Assembly (NCBI GenBank): GCA_964578245.1
Contig: CAZOCL010000004.1
Span: 39-64,038 of the forward strand
Source of the DNA: an uncultured Klebsiella sp.
GTDB taxonomy: Bacteria; Verrucomicrobiota; Verrucomicrobiia; Limisphaerales; SXTU01
Direction of reading: 5' to 3'
Length of the DNA: 64,000 nt
Made by a program: the position numbers and the translations under genes. Shown here piece by piece: positions 1 to 9,222 of this stretch (position 1 is its first letter; each line of letters opens with the position of its first letter). Under the pieces are notes generated by a model, which saw only the letters and a list, made by a program, of their open reading frames with translations, was not told the origin of the DNA and did not search any database.

Positions 1-1
1 G

Positions 2-235
2 CGCGAGTGGGCGAAACGCAACGGTGCGCACACCATCATCGTCCCCACCGATCCCTTCCACACGCGCCGGCTGAGCCGGCTGGGGCAGAAGCTGTTCGCC
101 GGCAGCGACACGCGCTTGGTGGTGGTGGCCGTGGACCTTCCGGGTTACCGGTGGCAGGAATGGTGGCGGCATGACCGCGGCGTGCTGGCGTTCCAAAACG
201 AGCTCATCAAGAGTGTTCTCTACGCCTTCAAATGA
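2..235 (+). CDS. DUF218 (YdcF/ElyC/SanA-like) protein, 3' fragment; 5' end outside window
   Basis: Frame open from the window edge to TGA 233-235. Translation ...AHTIIVPTDPFHTRRLSRLGQKLF...LAFQNELIKSVLYAFK carries the FHxxR C-terminal pattern I associate with DUF218. Absent from the ORF track because it has no start codon. Confidence 0.5.
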   Translation, partial: REWAKRNGAHTIIVPTDPFHTRRLSRLGQKLFAGSDTRLVVVAVDLPGYRWQEWWRHDRGVLAFQNELIKSVLYAFK

Positions 236-893
236 CCGGCCCGAGCGACCAGCTTCGGACTCGGGACCGCGACGAGGTTGGCGGTGGTGGTTGCGCCGGC
301 TGGCCGTGGCCGGCCTGCTGCTCGGGATCGCGGGCTGGCTCCTGTGGCGGCCGGTGCTACGGGCAGTTGCCCGGGCGTGGGTGGTGGAGCAGCCGGTGGA
401 GCAGGCGGATGCGATTGTCCTCGCGACCGGCACGCGCGACGTGTTGTTCCAGGAGGCGATGGGCTGGTTCCGAAGTGGACGAGCGCCACGGATCGTGCTG
501 CTGGACAGCGAAACGCGTCCCACGGACCGGGCAGGCATCACGCAGCCGCACCGCATCAGTCGCCGCGGGCAATTGGAGGCCGCCGGCGTGCCAGAGGGCG
601 CGGTGGTTCTCGTCGGTCACGAACTCACCACCTTGCACGAGGATTTCACCGCACTGCGCGGCTGGGCGCAGAGCAATCAGGTGCATCGCCTCCTCATGCC
701 GGTCGAGCCATTCGCCACGCGCCGGGTGGCGTGGCTGGGCCGCCGGATGCTCGAGCCCGTGGGCGTGCAAAGCATCGTGGTGCCAGTTCCGGTGCCCGAC
801 TACTCGGTGGACGAATGGTGGCGGAAGGAGCCCGGGTTGATCGCCTTTGAGAACGAAGGCGTAATGGCAGTCTATTACTGGCTCCGCTACTAG
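171..893 (+). CDS. DUF218 (YdcF/ElyC-like) domain protein, second tandem copy
   Basis: ORF 171-893. It has an N-terminal TM helix (LAVAGLLLGIAGWLLW), then ADAIVLATG...APRIVLLDSE...MPVEPFATRRV. ATG 171 overlaps the upstream gene by 65 nt, so the real start may be an internal alternative codon after 235. Confidence 0.6.
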   Translation: MTAACWRSKTSSSRVFSTPSNDRPERPASDSGPRRGWRWWLRRLAVAGLLLGIAGWLLWRPVLRAVARAWVVEQPVEQADAIVLATGTRDVLFQEAMGWFRSGRAPRIVLLDSETRPTDRAGITQPHRISRRGQLEAAGVPEGAVVLVGHELTTLHEDFTALRGWAQSNQVHRLLMPVEPFATRRVAWLGRRMLEPVGVQSIVVPVPVPDYSVDEWWRKEPGLIAFENEGVMAVYYWLRY

Positions 894-919
894 TCAGCCT
901 TCGAAACGAAAACACTTTG

Positions 920-1771
920 ATGGAAAAACCTCTGCCAGCCGCCCCCAAGCCCCACGAACTCATCATCGAGGCCGGGCGCACGGAACAGCAATACTGGCGC
1001 GACCTGTGGCTGTTTCGCGAGCTGTTCTACATCCTCGCGTGGCGCGACATCGTGGTGCGCTACAAGCAGACCGTGATCGGCATCGCGTGGGCGGTGGTGC
1101 GGCCCTTTGTGACCGTGGTGGTGTTCACCCTGGTCTTCAACCGCATCGCCAAGCTGGAGGCGCCGGACGGCGTGCCCTACGCGCTGTTCGTCAGCGCGGC
1201 CATGCTGCCGTGGCAGTTCTTCGCCTCCGCCTTGACGGAGGCCAGTGGGAGCCTGCTCAACAACTCCAGCCTGATCTCGAAGATCTATTTCCCCCGGCTG
1301 ATTGTGCCCGCCGGTTCGGTGATCACGAGCCTGGTGGATTTTCTCATCACGCTGGGGATGCTTGCGCTGCTGATGCTCTGGTATGGCTTCCTGCCGGACT
1401 GGCGGGTGCTCTGCCTGCCGTTGTTCGTGGTGCTGGCCTTCCTGGCGGCCTTCGGTGCCGGCCTGCTGCTCTGTTCGTTGAACGTGAAGTATCGCGACTT
1501 CCGCTACGTGGTGCCATTCATCGTCCAGTTCGGGATTTACCTCTCGCCAGTCGGCTTCAGCAGCGGTCGCGTGCCGGAGTATCTGCGCTGGCTCTACGAC
1601 CTGAACCCGATGGTCGGCGTGATCGAGGGCTTCCGCTGGGCCTGCCTGCGGGGTGCCGTGCCGCTGGAAGTCCGCAGCATCGCCTGCTCAGTGCTCGTCA
1701 CCGCGTTGTTGTGCATGCTTGGCGTGTGGTATTTCCGCCGGACGGAACGCACGTTTGCAGATGTGATCTGA
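920..1771 (+). CDS. wzm: ABC-2 type polysaccharide export permease (Wzm/KpsM/TagG family)
   Basis: ATG 920 lies one codon after TTG 917. The protein is multi-TM. The N-terminal YWRDLWLFRELFYILAWRDIVVRYKQTVIGIAWAVVRP region is the characteristic ABC-2 permease segment, and a Wzt-type ATPase lies downstream. Confidence 0.85.
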   Translation: MEKPLPAAPKPHELIIEAGRTEQQYWRDLWLFRELFYILAWRDIVVRYKQTVIGIAWAVVRPFVTVVVFTLVFNRIAKLEAPDGVPYALFVSAAMLPWQFFASALTEASGSLLNNSSLISKIYFPRLIVPAGSVITSLVDFLITLGMLALLMLWYGFLPDWRVLCLPLFVVLAFLAAFGAGLLLCSLNVKYRDFRYVVPFIVQFGIYLSPVGFSSGRVPEYLRWLYDLNPMVGVIEGFRWACLRGAVPLEVRSIACSVLVTALLCMLGVWYFRRTERTFADVI

Positions 1772-1798
1772 AGCGGAAGACAAACCAGAAGGCAGAAA

Positions 1799-2188
1799 GT
1801 GGAAAGCAGAAGTCCAGAACGGCGTGCCGGACGGTTGCCGGAGGAATTTAGGGGCCGCACCAAGCGGTTTGCCTCCAGCGTCATCCGCTTGTATGTGCGG
1901 CTGCCGAAGGTGCGGGAGGAAGTTCGCACGCTCGGCAAGCAGTTGCTGCGTTCAGGAACCTCGGTGGCGGCACATGTCCGGGAAGCTTCCCGCGCCCGTT
2001 CGGCGGACGAGTTCGTGTCCAAGCTCGGCGGGGCGCTGCAGGAAGCGGACGAGTCAGCTCTTTGGCTCGAACTGTTGCGCGAAGACTGCGGCATCGAACC
2101 CATCCTGACGCAACCGCTCGAAACCGAAGCCTCAGAACTGATTGCCATCTTCACCTCCATGATCAACCGCACCCGAACTTCCCGTTGA
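1799..2188 (+). CDS. four-helix-bundle protein (23S rRNA intervening-sequence protein family)
   Basis: 129 aa with a GTG start. FRGRTKRFASSVIRLY...LGKQLLRSGTSVAAHVREASRARSADEFVSKLGGALQEADESALWLELL matches the family pattern as I remember it. It sits between wzm and wzt. Confidence 0.75.
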   Translation: MESRSPERRAGRLPEEFRGRTKRFASSVIRLYVRLPKVREEVRTLGKQLLRSGTSVAAHVREASRARSADEFVSKLGGALQEADESALWLELLREDCGIEPILTQPLETEASELIAIFTSMINRTRTSR

Positions 2189-2234
2189 AGTCCGCCCTGA
2201 TTCTGTTTTCGGCTTTTAACTTTCTGCTCTCCCT

Positions 2235-3494
2235 TTGAGTTCCGCCATCATCTCCGTAGAAAAGCTGAGCAAGAGCTACCGGCTCCAGCACCAGTCCCGC
2301 GAACGTTACTCCACACTGCGTGATTTGCTGGCCAGCAAGGTGCGGGGACTATTCCGCCGCGCGCCCGCCACGGCGGTGAACACCGAGGAGGAGTTCTGGG
2401 CACTGAAAGAGGTTTCCTTTGAGATCAAGCAAGGCGAAGTCGTGGGCATCATCGGACGCAACGGCGCCGGCAAGAGCACCTTGCTGAAAATTCTCAGCCG
2501 CATCACCGAGCCGACCACGGGCCGGATCCGGCTGGCGGGCCGGGTGGCCAGCCTGCTGGAGGTGGGCACCGGCTTCCACCCTGAGCTGACCGGCCGGGAG
2601 AACATCTTCTTGAACGGGGCGATTCTCGGCATGAACCAGCAGGAGATCCGGCGCAAGTTCGACGAGATCGTGGAGTTCGCCGAGGTGGAAAAGTTCCTCG
2701 ACACGCCGGTGAAGCGTTATTCCTCCGGCATGTATGTGCGCCTGGCCTTCGCCGTGGCCGCCCACCTGGAGCCGGAAATCCTGGTGGTGGACGAGGTGCT
2801 GGCGGTGGGCGACGCCGCCTTTCAGCAGAAGTGCCTGGGGAAGATGAAGAATGTGGCACAGGGCGAGGGCCGCACGGTGCTGTTCGTGAGCCACAACATG
2901 GGCGTGGTTCGGGACCTTTGCAGTCGGGCGATCTTCCTGCAAGGCGGCCAGGTTTTGAAGGACGGCGGCTGCCAGGAAGTGGTCAGCGCCTACATGCAGA
3001 GCGCCGGCGGCCAGCAGGCGCAACCGCAATGGCGGCGGACCGAGGAAAAGCACACCAGCGCCGCCGCCATCACGGAGCTGTCACTATTGTCCGCCGATGG
3101 CCGGCATATCTCGGAGTTCGTCATGGGTGATGCGGTGTGTATGGAGATGAAGCTCGTGTTCTCTGAGGCAATTCCTAATCCTCAGTTTGGGGTGTTGATT
3201 CATTCGGTCGATGGAATGCCAATGCTCGACCTCCGAACGCGACACTCCGGGCTGGCATTACCTTTGGCAGAAGGACCGATAAAGCTCGTGATCGAGATCA
3301 AGAGCCTCGCACTATACCCAGGCGAATACTATCTGAGCTCATGGGTTACCGATTCTTCCAGCCGTGACCTAGACTGGGTTCAATATGGCTTAAAATTCAC
3401 GGTTTTACCATGCACAGGCCCTTACGGAGACATGCGTTTAAGTTTTCAGTGGGGTAAATACTACGTAGCATCCAGTTGGAGCCTTCAGGAGTAG
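2235..3494 (+). CDS. wzt: polysaccharide ABC exporter ATP-binding protein (Wzt/TagH type) with C-terminal extension domain
   Basis: TTG start. It has Walker A GRNGAGKST, signature YSSGMYVRLAFA and Walker B ILVVDEVLAVGD. About 170 extra C-terminal residues lie where Wzt carbohydrate-binding domains sit. Confidence 0.9.
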   Translation: MSSAIISVEKLSKSYRLQHQSRERYSTLRDLLASKVRGLFRRAPATAVNTEEEFWALKEVSFEIKQGEVVGIIGRNGAGKSTLLKILSRITEPTTGRIRLAGRVASLLEVGTGFHPELTGRENIFLNGAILGMNQQEIRRKFDEIVEFAEVEKFLDTPVKRYSSGMYVRLAFAVAAHLEPEILVVDEVLAVGDAAFQQKCLGKMKNVAQGEGRTVLFVSHNMGVVRDLCSRAIFLQGGQVLKDGGCQEVVSAYMQSAGGQQAQPQWRRTEEKHTSAAAITELSLLSADGRHISEFVMGDAVCMEMKLVFSEAIPNPQFGVLIHSVDGMPMLDLRTRHSGLALPLAEGPIKLVIEIKSLALYPGEYYLSSWVTDSSSRDLDWVQYGLKFTVLPCTGPYGDMRLSFQWGKYYVASSWSLQE

Positions 3495-3538
3495 CAGGAG
3501 AAGCGGCGGTAACTTTTCATCCCCAATATCCTGCACAT

Positions 3539-4417
3539 ATGTTCACAAGGTTAATCGCTCGTCTTTATCACACCCTTCCCGTCGTGCGTGAGCTAGACCG
3601 GATCAGTCGTCAACTTATCAGCCTTCAGCAAAGCTTGGCGCTGCAGACATCCGTCTCGGCCCGTCAGCTGGTCGAATGGCTCAAGGTCACCGATCCTCGA
3701 TATGCCGAGCCGAAGCGCCTGCTGCGCCACTCTTTTCAAGTCTGCTCCCAGAATGGCGAAGACGGCATCCTTCAGGAAATCTTCCGGCGCATCGGCACGA
3801 CCAACCGAACCTTCTTCGAAAGCGGCGTGGGGGATGGCTCGGAGAACAACACGGCGTTCCTCCTCTCCTTGGGGTGGACCGGCTTCTGGGTGGATGCCAG
3901 CCCGCGCTGCCTGCAGAAGGTGGAGAAGGCCGGACTGGGCGGCCAGCGCCTGCGTCACCGCCAGGCCATGCTGAACCGGGAGAATGTCGTCCAGGTCCTC
4001 ACCGACATGGGCGTGCCCAGGGATCTGGATCTGCTTTCCCTCGACATCGATCAAAACACCTATCATGTCTGGGAGGCCTTGGGCGCAGAATTCAAGCCCC
4101 GCGTTCTGGTGGTCGAATACAATGGGGTGCTGCCGGCCGAGATTGATTGGAAGGTGCAGTATGACGCCGAACGAGTCTGGGATGGCAGTCACAACTTCGG
4201 CGCGAGCCTCAAGGCGTTCGAGAACCTGTGCCGGAAGCAGAACTATTCGCTGGTGGGCTGTGACCCGTTCGGGTGCAATGCCTTCTTCGTGCGGAATGAT
4301 CTGCTCGGTGACCACTTTGCCGCGCCTTACACGGCGGAAAACCACTTTGAACCAGCGCGTTACCACCTCATCCACCGGATGGGACAGCGGGCGGAGATCT
4401 TGGACGGCGTCCAGTGA
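3539..4417 (+). CDS. FkbM-like SAM-dependent methyltransferase (putative)
   Basis: ATG 3539 is chosen; the track ORF starts at TTG 3476 and overlaps the wzt end. SQNGEDGILQEIF...FFESGVGDGSENNTAFL...LLSLDIDQNTYHVWEAL resembles the Methyltransf_21/FkbM layout. Confidence 0.5.
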   Translation: MFTRLIARLYHTLPVVRELDRISRQLISLQQSLALQTSVSARQLVEWLKVTDPRYAEPKRLLRHSFQVCSQNGEDGILQEIFRRIGTTNRTFFESGVGDGSENNTAFLLSLGWTGFWVDASPRCLQKVEKAGLGGQRLRHRQAMLNRENVVQVLTDMGVPRDLDLLSLDIDQNTYHVWEALGAEFKPRVLVVEYNGVLPAEIDWKVQYDAERVWDGSHNFGASLKAFENLCRKQNYSLVGCDPFGCNAFFVRNDLLGDHFAAPYTAENHFEPARYHLIHRMGQRAEILDGVQ

Positions 4418-4471
4418 TGCGGACCTAGCACCTAAACCCAATCTGTCAGAAACCGTCAAATCCATCAGGCC

Positions 4472-5707
4472 ATGACCAATAACTGCCGTTTATGCGGGAG
4501 CACGCAGCTCCACTTGTTTTTGAACCTGGGCTTCACCCCGCCCGCCGACGGATTCCTGCGCGTGGACCAGTTGCGCGAACCGGAGACGCACTATCCCCTC
4601 GAGGTCTGCCAGTGCGTGGCGTGCGGCTTCGTGCAGCTCAATCACGTCGTCTCGCCGGAGGTGCTGTATCGCCATGATTATCCCTACGAGTCCTCCATCA
4701 CCAAGGCTGGCCAGCTTCACTGGAAGGAATTCGCCGACACCGTCAGCACCAAACTCGGCCTCGGCGAGAAGGATCTGGTGATCGACATCGGCAGCAACGT
4801 CGGCGTGCTGCTCGAATGCTTCCGCAACAACGGCGCGCGCATCCTCGGCATCGACCCCGCCAGCAACATCGTCCGTATCGCCGAGAAGCGCGGCATCGAG
4901 ACGTGGGACGAGTTCTTCGGCGCACACGTCGCCCCGCGCATTCTTGCCGAGAAGGGCAAGGCCTCCGTCATCACCGGCACGAACGTCTTCGCGCATGTGG
5001 ACAACCTCCGCGAGTTCGTCACCACGGTGGAATCCTTGCTCACCGACAAGGGCGTCTTTGTCTTCGAGGCCCCGCACTTCGGCCACCTGCTCGAATACCT
5101 GGAATACGACACCATCTACCACGAGCATCTCTCCTATCTCTCGTTGAAACCGCTCGTGCCGTTCTTCCAGAGCTTCGGCCTGGAGGTCTTTGACGTGCAG
5201 GAGCGCGACATCCACGGCGGCTCGTTCCGCGTCTATGTGGCGCGGCGCGGTGCGTATCCGGTGACGCCGACAGTGGAGAAGATGCTTCTCTGGGAACAAC
5301 ACGCCGGCCTTTACGATTTGGCGAAGCTGGACCTGTTTTCGGCTCGTGTGGAAGCGAACCGCGCCGAGCTGACCTGGCTGCTCCACAGTCTCAAGCGCCA
5401 AGGCAAGCGCATCGCCGGCGTCAGCGCCCCGGCCAAGGGCATGACGCTCCTCAACTACTGCCATATCGGGCCGGATCTCCTCGATTTCGTGACCGAGAAA
5501 TCCAAGCTCAAGATCGGCCGCTACACCCCGGGCACGCACATCCCGGTCGTGGGTGACGAAGAATTGGTCCGGCGCAAGGCGGATTACGCCCTGCTGCTGG
5601 CCTGGAATTTTGCCGACGAAATCATGAACAACCTCAAGGAGTTCGTCGCGCAAGGCGGGCAGTTCATCGTGCCCGTGCCGAAGCCCCGGATCGTCACCAA
5701 GTCCTGA
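4472..5707 (+). CDS. NDP-hexose C-methyltransferase-like protein (TylCIII-type: Zn-finger N-domain + class I MTase + C-methyltransferase C-domain)
   Basis: 411 aa. Motifs are CRLCGS...CVACGF (putative Zn ribbon), VIDIGSNVGVLL (SAM site), YHEHLSYLSL and LLLAWNFADEI. Confidence 0.8.
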   Translation: MTNNCRLCGSTQLHLFLNLGFTPPADGFLRVDQLREPETHYPLEVCQCVACGFVQLNHVVSPEVLYRHDYPYESSITKAGQLHWKEFADTVSTKLGLGEKDLVIDIGSNVGVLLECFRNNGARILGIDPASNIVRIAEKRGIETWDEFFGAHVAPRILAEKGKASVITGTNVFAHVDNLREFVTTVESLLTDKGVFVFEAPHFGHLLEYLEYDTIYHEHLSYLSLKPLVPFFQSFGLEVFDVQERDIHGGSFRVYVARRGAYPVTPTVEKMLLWEQHAGLYDLAKLDLFSARVEANRAELTWLLHSLKRQGKRIAGVSAPAKGMTLLNYCHIGPDLLDFVTEKSKLKIGRYTPGTHIPVVGDEELVRRKADYALLLAWNFADEIMNNLKEFVAQGGQFIVPVPKPRIVTKS

Positions 5708-5753
5708 GTGCCTCGGCGAATCACCGCAACCTCAAATACAAACAGGAACCATC

Positions 5754-6134
5754 GTGGAAATCACCCACCCTCCCATCGCCCACCAAGACGACCGCGGCCG
5801 CATCATTGACGTGCTCGAAGGCATCGACTTCAACTACGCCACCGTCATCACTTCGCGCAAGGGCGTCACGCGCGGCAACCACTACCACCTCAAGACTACC
5901 CAGTGGGTTTATGTGATCTCGGGCCGGCTCCTCTCCCACTCGCGCATGCCTTTCTGCCCGCTGGAGCGCAGTGAGCTGAGTCCCGGCGACCTCATCAAGA
6001 ACGTCCCGAGTGAACACCATGCCCTCACGGCCTTGGAAGACACCGAGTTCCTCGTGCTCACGGCCGGCCTGCGCGGCGGCAAGGACTACGAGAAGGACAC
6101 CTACCGTCTCGCCAAGCCGATGCAGGACGAGTGA
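5754..6134 (+). CDS. small cupin (WxcM/FdtA/WbuC-like sugar ketoisomerase-type fold)
   Basis: 126 aa with a GTG start. DDRGRIIDVLEG...TRGNHYH...WVYVISGRL is a cupin pattern typical of sugar-nucleotide loci. Confidence 0.6.
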   Translation: MEITHPPIAHQDDRGRIIDVLEGIDFNYATVITSRKGVTRGNHYHLKTTQWVYVISGRLLSHSRMPFCPLERSELSPGDLIKNVPSEHHALTALEDTEFLVLTAGLRGGKDYEKDTYRLAKPMQDE

Positions 6135-6153
6135 CCTTTTTCCCCGCGCACGC

Positions 6154-7263
6154 ATGATCCTCGTCAACCAACCCGCCCTCGACGGCAACGAGCGGAAGTA
6201 TCTGCTCGATTGTGTGGACTCCGGCTGGATTTCCTCGGAAGGCCCCTACGTCAAGCGCTTCGAGCAGTCCTACGGGGCGCGTCTCAACCGCAAGCACGCG
6301 ATCTCCGTCAGCAGCGGCACCGCCGCCCTCGACGCCGCCGTGCTCGCGCTCGAACTGAAGCCCGGGGACGAAGTCATCCTGCCGACGTTCACCATCATCT
6401 GCTGCGCCTCCGCGATCACGCGCGCTGGCGCCACGCCGGTAGTGGTGGACTGTGACCCCGTCACTTGGAACATGGATCTCGCCCAGGTGCGGGCGCGCAT
6501 CACACCCCGCACGCGCGCCATCATGGCCGTCCACATCTACGGCCTGCCCGTGGACATGGACCCGCTGCTGGAACTCGCGCGTGAGCATGGTCTGCGCGTG
6601 ATCGAGGACGCCGCCGAGGCGATCGGGTTGAAATACAAGGACCGCGAGTGCGGCGGCATGGGCGATGTGAGCTGCACCAGCTTCTACGCGAACAAGCACA
6701 TCACCACCGGCGAGGGCGGCATGATTCTCACCAGCGATGACGGCATCGCCGAACGCGCTGCCCGCTATCGCAACCTCTGCTTCATTCCGCCCCGGCGCTT
6801 CGTCCACGAGGAACTCGGCTGGAACTATCGCATGTGCAATCTTCAGGCCGCACTCGGGCTCGCGCAGTTTGAAAAGCTTGATCGCTCGGTCGCGCGCAAA
6901 CGCTGGCTCGGCGGCCTGTATCAGGAGCTGCTCAAGGACGTGCCCGGCATCCAGCTCCCGCTGGACCGCACCGCCTACGCTGAGAATGTCTATTGGGTCT
7001 TCGGCGTGGTGCTGGGCGATGAAGTGCCATTCGATGCCACCGAGGCCGCCGCGCGGATGCTCGCCAAGGGCGTCCAGACCCGGCCCTTTTTCTGGTGCCT
7101 GCACGAGCAGCCGGTGTTCGCGAAGATGGGCCTGTTCGCCGGCGAGCGCTACCCGGTCTCCGAGCGTCTCGCCCGGCGCGGGTTTTACCTGCCCAGTGGA
7201 CTCAGCACCACCGAGGAGGAAGTGCGCACCTCAGCCGCAGCGCTCAAAGAAATCCTACGATGA
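6154..7263 (+). CDS. DegT/DnrJ/EryC1/StrS aminotransferase (perosamine-synthase-like N-terminus)
   Basis: ATG 6154 is codon 49 of track ORF 6010-7263. MILVNQPALDGNERKYLLDCVDSGWISSEGPYVKRFE resembles Per/RfbE-type sugar aminotransferases. FYANKHITTGEGG contains the PLP-lysine context. Confidence 0.85.
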   Translation: MILVNQPALDGNERKYLLDCVDSGWISSEGPYVKRFEQSYGARLNRKHAISVSSGTAALDAAVLALELKPGDEVILPTFTIICCASAITRAGATPVVVDCDPVTWNMDLAQVRARITPRTRAIMAVHIYGLPVDMDPLLELAREHGLRVIEDAAEAIGLKYKDRECGGMGDVSCTSFYANKHITTGEGGMILTSDDGIAERAARYRNLCFIPPRRFVHEELGWNYRMCNLQAALGLAQFEKLDRSVARKRWLGGLYQELLKDVPGIQLPLDRTAYAENVYWVFGVVLGDEVPFDATEAAARMLAKGVQTRPFFWCLHEQPVFAKMGLFAGERYPVSERLARRGFYLPSGLSTTEEEVRTSAAALKEILR

Positions 7264-8051
7264 GCTCGTTCAACGAGGGCTACGCGGCCTATTACGACCT
7301 GCTTTACCGCGACAAGGATTACGCGGGCGAGGCGAAGTTCGTGCATGATCTGCTCAAGCAGCACGCCCCCAAGGCGCGCTCGCTGATCGAGCTGGGCTGC
7401 GGCACGGCCCGCCATGCCCGCCTGCTACTGGCCGCCGGTTATCGTGTGCTGGGAGTGGACCTGAGCCACCAGATGATTGCGCGGGCGGAGACGGAATGCG
7501 CCCAGCTCCCGGCCCGTCAGCGCAAGCACCTCCGGCTCACTCAGGGTGACGTGAGCCGCTTTCAATCCGACGAGCAGTTTGACGCCGCGATCTCTCTTTT
7601 CCACGTCATCAACTACCAGCTCACCCACGACGCATTGCGCGGTTATTTTGAAACCGCTGCGCAGGCCGTGCGTCCGGGCGGCGTCTTCGTCTTCGATTTC
7701 TGGTATGGCCCCGCCGTCCTCAGCGATCGTCCGGCGGTGCGCATCAAGCGCGCCGAGACGCCTGAGGTGCGGATCACCCGGCTCGCGGAGCCCACCGTGG
7801 ATGTGAACCGCAACCGGGTTACAGTGAACTACACGCTCCTCGCCCAGCAGCGCACGGGCGAGCTGTCGGGCGAGTTCACCGAGCAGCACACCGTCCGCTA
7901 CCTGTTCCTCCCGGAACTGGACCAGCTTGCCGCCAGCGCCGGTTTCACCGTGCTGGAGACGGGCCAGTGGCTCACGCGCCAGCCGCTGTCCGACCGCACC
8001 TGGTTCGGGTATCTCGTGCTGCGCCGGGCCCCGAAGCGCGTGACGGCTTGA
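7260..8051 (+). CDS. class I SAM methyltransferase, TylM1/DesVI-like (possible amino-sugar N-methyltransferase)
   Basis: ATG 7260 overlaps the upstream TGA (ATGA). YAAYYDLLYRDKDYAGEAKFVHDLL...LIELGCGTARHA recalls the N-terminal pattern of sugar N,N-dimethyltransferases. Confidence 0.65.
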   Translation: MSSFNEGYAAYYDLLYRDKDYAGEAKFVHDLLKQHAPKARSLIELGCGTARHARLLLAAGYRVLGVDLSHQMIARAETECAQLPARQRKHLRLTQGDVSRFQSDEQFDAAISLFHVINYQLTHDALRGYFETAAQAVRPGGVFVFDFWYGPAVLSDRPAVRIKRAETPEVRITRLAEPTVDVNRNRVTVNYTLLAQQRTGELSGEFTEQHTVRYLFLPELDQLAASAGFTVLETGQWLTRQPLSDRTWFGYLVLRRAPKRVTA

Positions 8052-8127
8052 GCGGTGGCGGCTCTCCTGGAGCGGCCACACCGGCCATGGTGATGTCCGG
8101 CCGGAGCGGACCTCGGATTTCCCCTTT

Positions 8128-9222
8128 GTGAACTGCAACCTTGTCCTCCACCCCAATTGCCGGGGCTGGATCATCGAGAAGCTGGCCGTCCGGCTGGACG
8201 AGGCCCTGCGTGGGCTGGGGGTTCACTCCGCTGTGACCCCCGCGTGGTCGGCCAAAGCGGACATCAACCACTTCATGATGTTCCACTACTGGGAGGATGC
8301 CCAGCCCGGCCATAACACGATGCTCATCACGCACGTGGACGATGCCTTGAAGTATCGGATGATCCGCGATTCGCTCGAACGCATCGAAGTCAGCATCTGC
8401 ATGTCGCAGATGACCGTGGACCTGCTGGTGGGCGAGGGCATTCCCAAGGACCGGATTTGTTCCATCCTCCCGGCCAACGACAAACGCACCAGTCCCCGGC
8501 GAATTGTCATCGGCATCACGAGCAACCTGTATTCGGACGGTCGCAAGCGCGAGTTCCTGCTCGCGCGGCTGGCGCAGGAGATGGATCTCAGCCCGTTCCA
8601 TTTCGAGGTGTTTGGCCGGGGCTGGGACAAGACCGCCGAGCAGCTCCGCGCGGGCGGGGCCACTGTGACGGTCACCGATGGGACGGATGACTACGCCGGC
8701 GACTACGCGGCCATGTGTGCGCGCATTCCGCACTTCGACTACTACTACTACATGGGCCTGGACGAGGGTTCCATGGGCGTGCTGGATGCCCTGGACGCGG
8801 GCATCCCGACCATCATTACGCCCCAGGGGTTTCATTTGGACATCCCTGATGCCATCACTCATCCGTTCGTGGACTACCCCGAGATGCGCGCGATTTTCGC
8901 CGGGATTGCGAAAGGCCGCGCGCAACGGCTGGCCGCCGCCGCGGCTTTGAACTGGACCGAGCACGCGCGGCGTCATCTGGAATTGTGGACGGCGATGGTG
9001 GCGGGCCGCCGCACCGAGTTCATGGCGCAGGAGCGCACCCGGCCGTCGCCTGCCTCCGTGCCCGCCTCGCTGCGGCAGCGCTCGCCGTTCCAGCGCATGG
9101 GGGACTATCTCAAGCTGGGGAACCAATACCGGTGGAACATGCTGAAACGGTATTACCTCCCAAAGGTGAAGCGGCGCGTGGAGCGCGCGCAAAAGCGCCT
9201 GGGGCTCAAACCGAAGGGATGA
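8128..9222 (+). CDS. hypothetical protein, divergent GT-B-like glycosyltransferase candidate
   Basis: 364 aa with a GTG start. The C-terminal half (VIGITSNLY...FEVFGRGW...GLDEGSMGVLDALDAGIPTIITPQG) looks like a GT-B Rossmann half. No canonical EX7E motif recognised. Confidence 0.4.
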   Translation: MNCNLVLHPNCRGWIIEKLAVRLDEALRGLGVHSAVTPAWSAKADINHFMMFHYWEDAQPGHNTMLITHVDDALKYRMIRDSLERIEVSICMSQMTVDLLVGEGIPKDRICSILPANDKRTSPRRIVIGITSNLYSDGRKREFLLARLAQEMDLSPFHFEVFGRGWDKTAEQLRAGGATVTVTDGTDDYAGDYAAMCARIPHFDYYYYMGLDEGSMGVLDALDAGIPTIITPQGFHLDIPDAITHPFVDYPEMRAIFAGIAKGRAQRLAAAAALNWTEHARRHLELWTAMVAGRRTEFMAQERTRPSPASVPASLRQRSPFQRMGDYLKLGNQYRWNMLKRYYLPKVKRRVERAQKRLGLKPKG

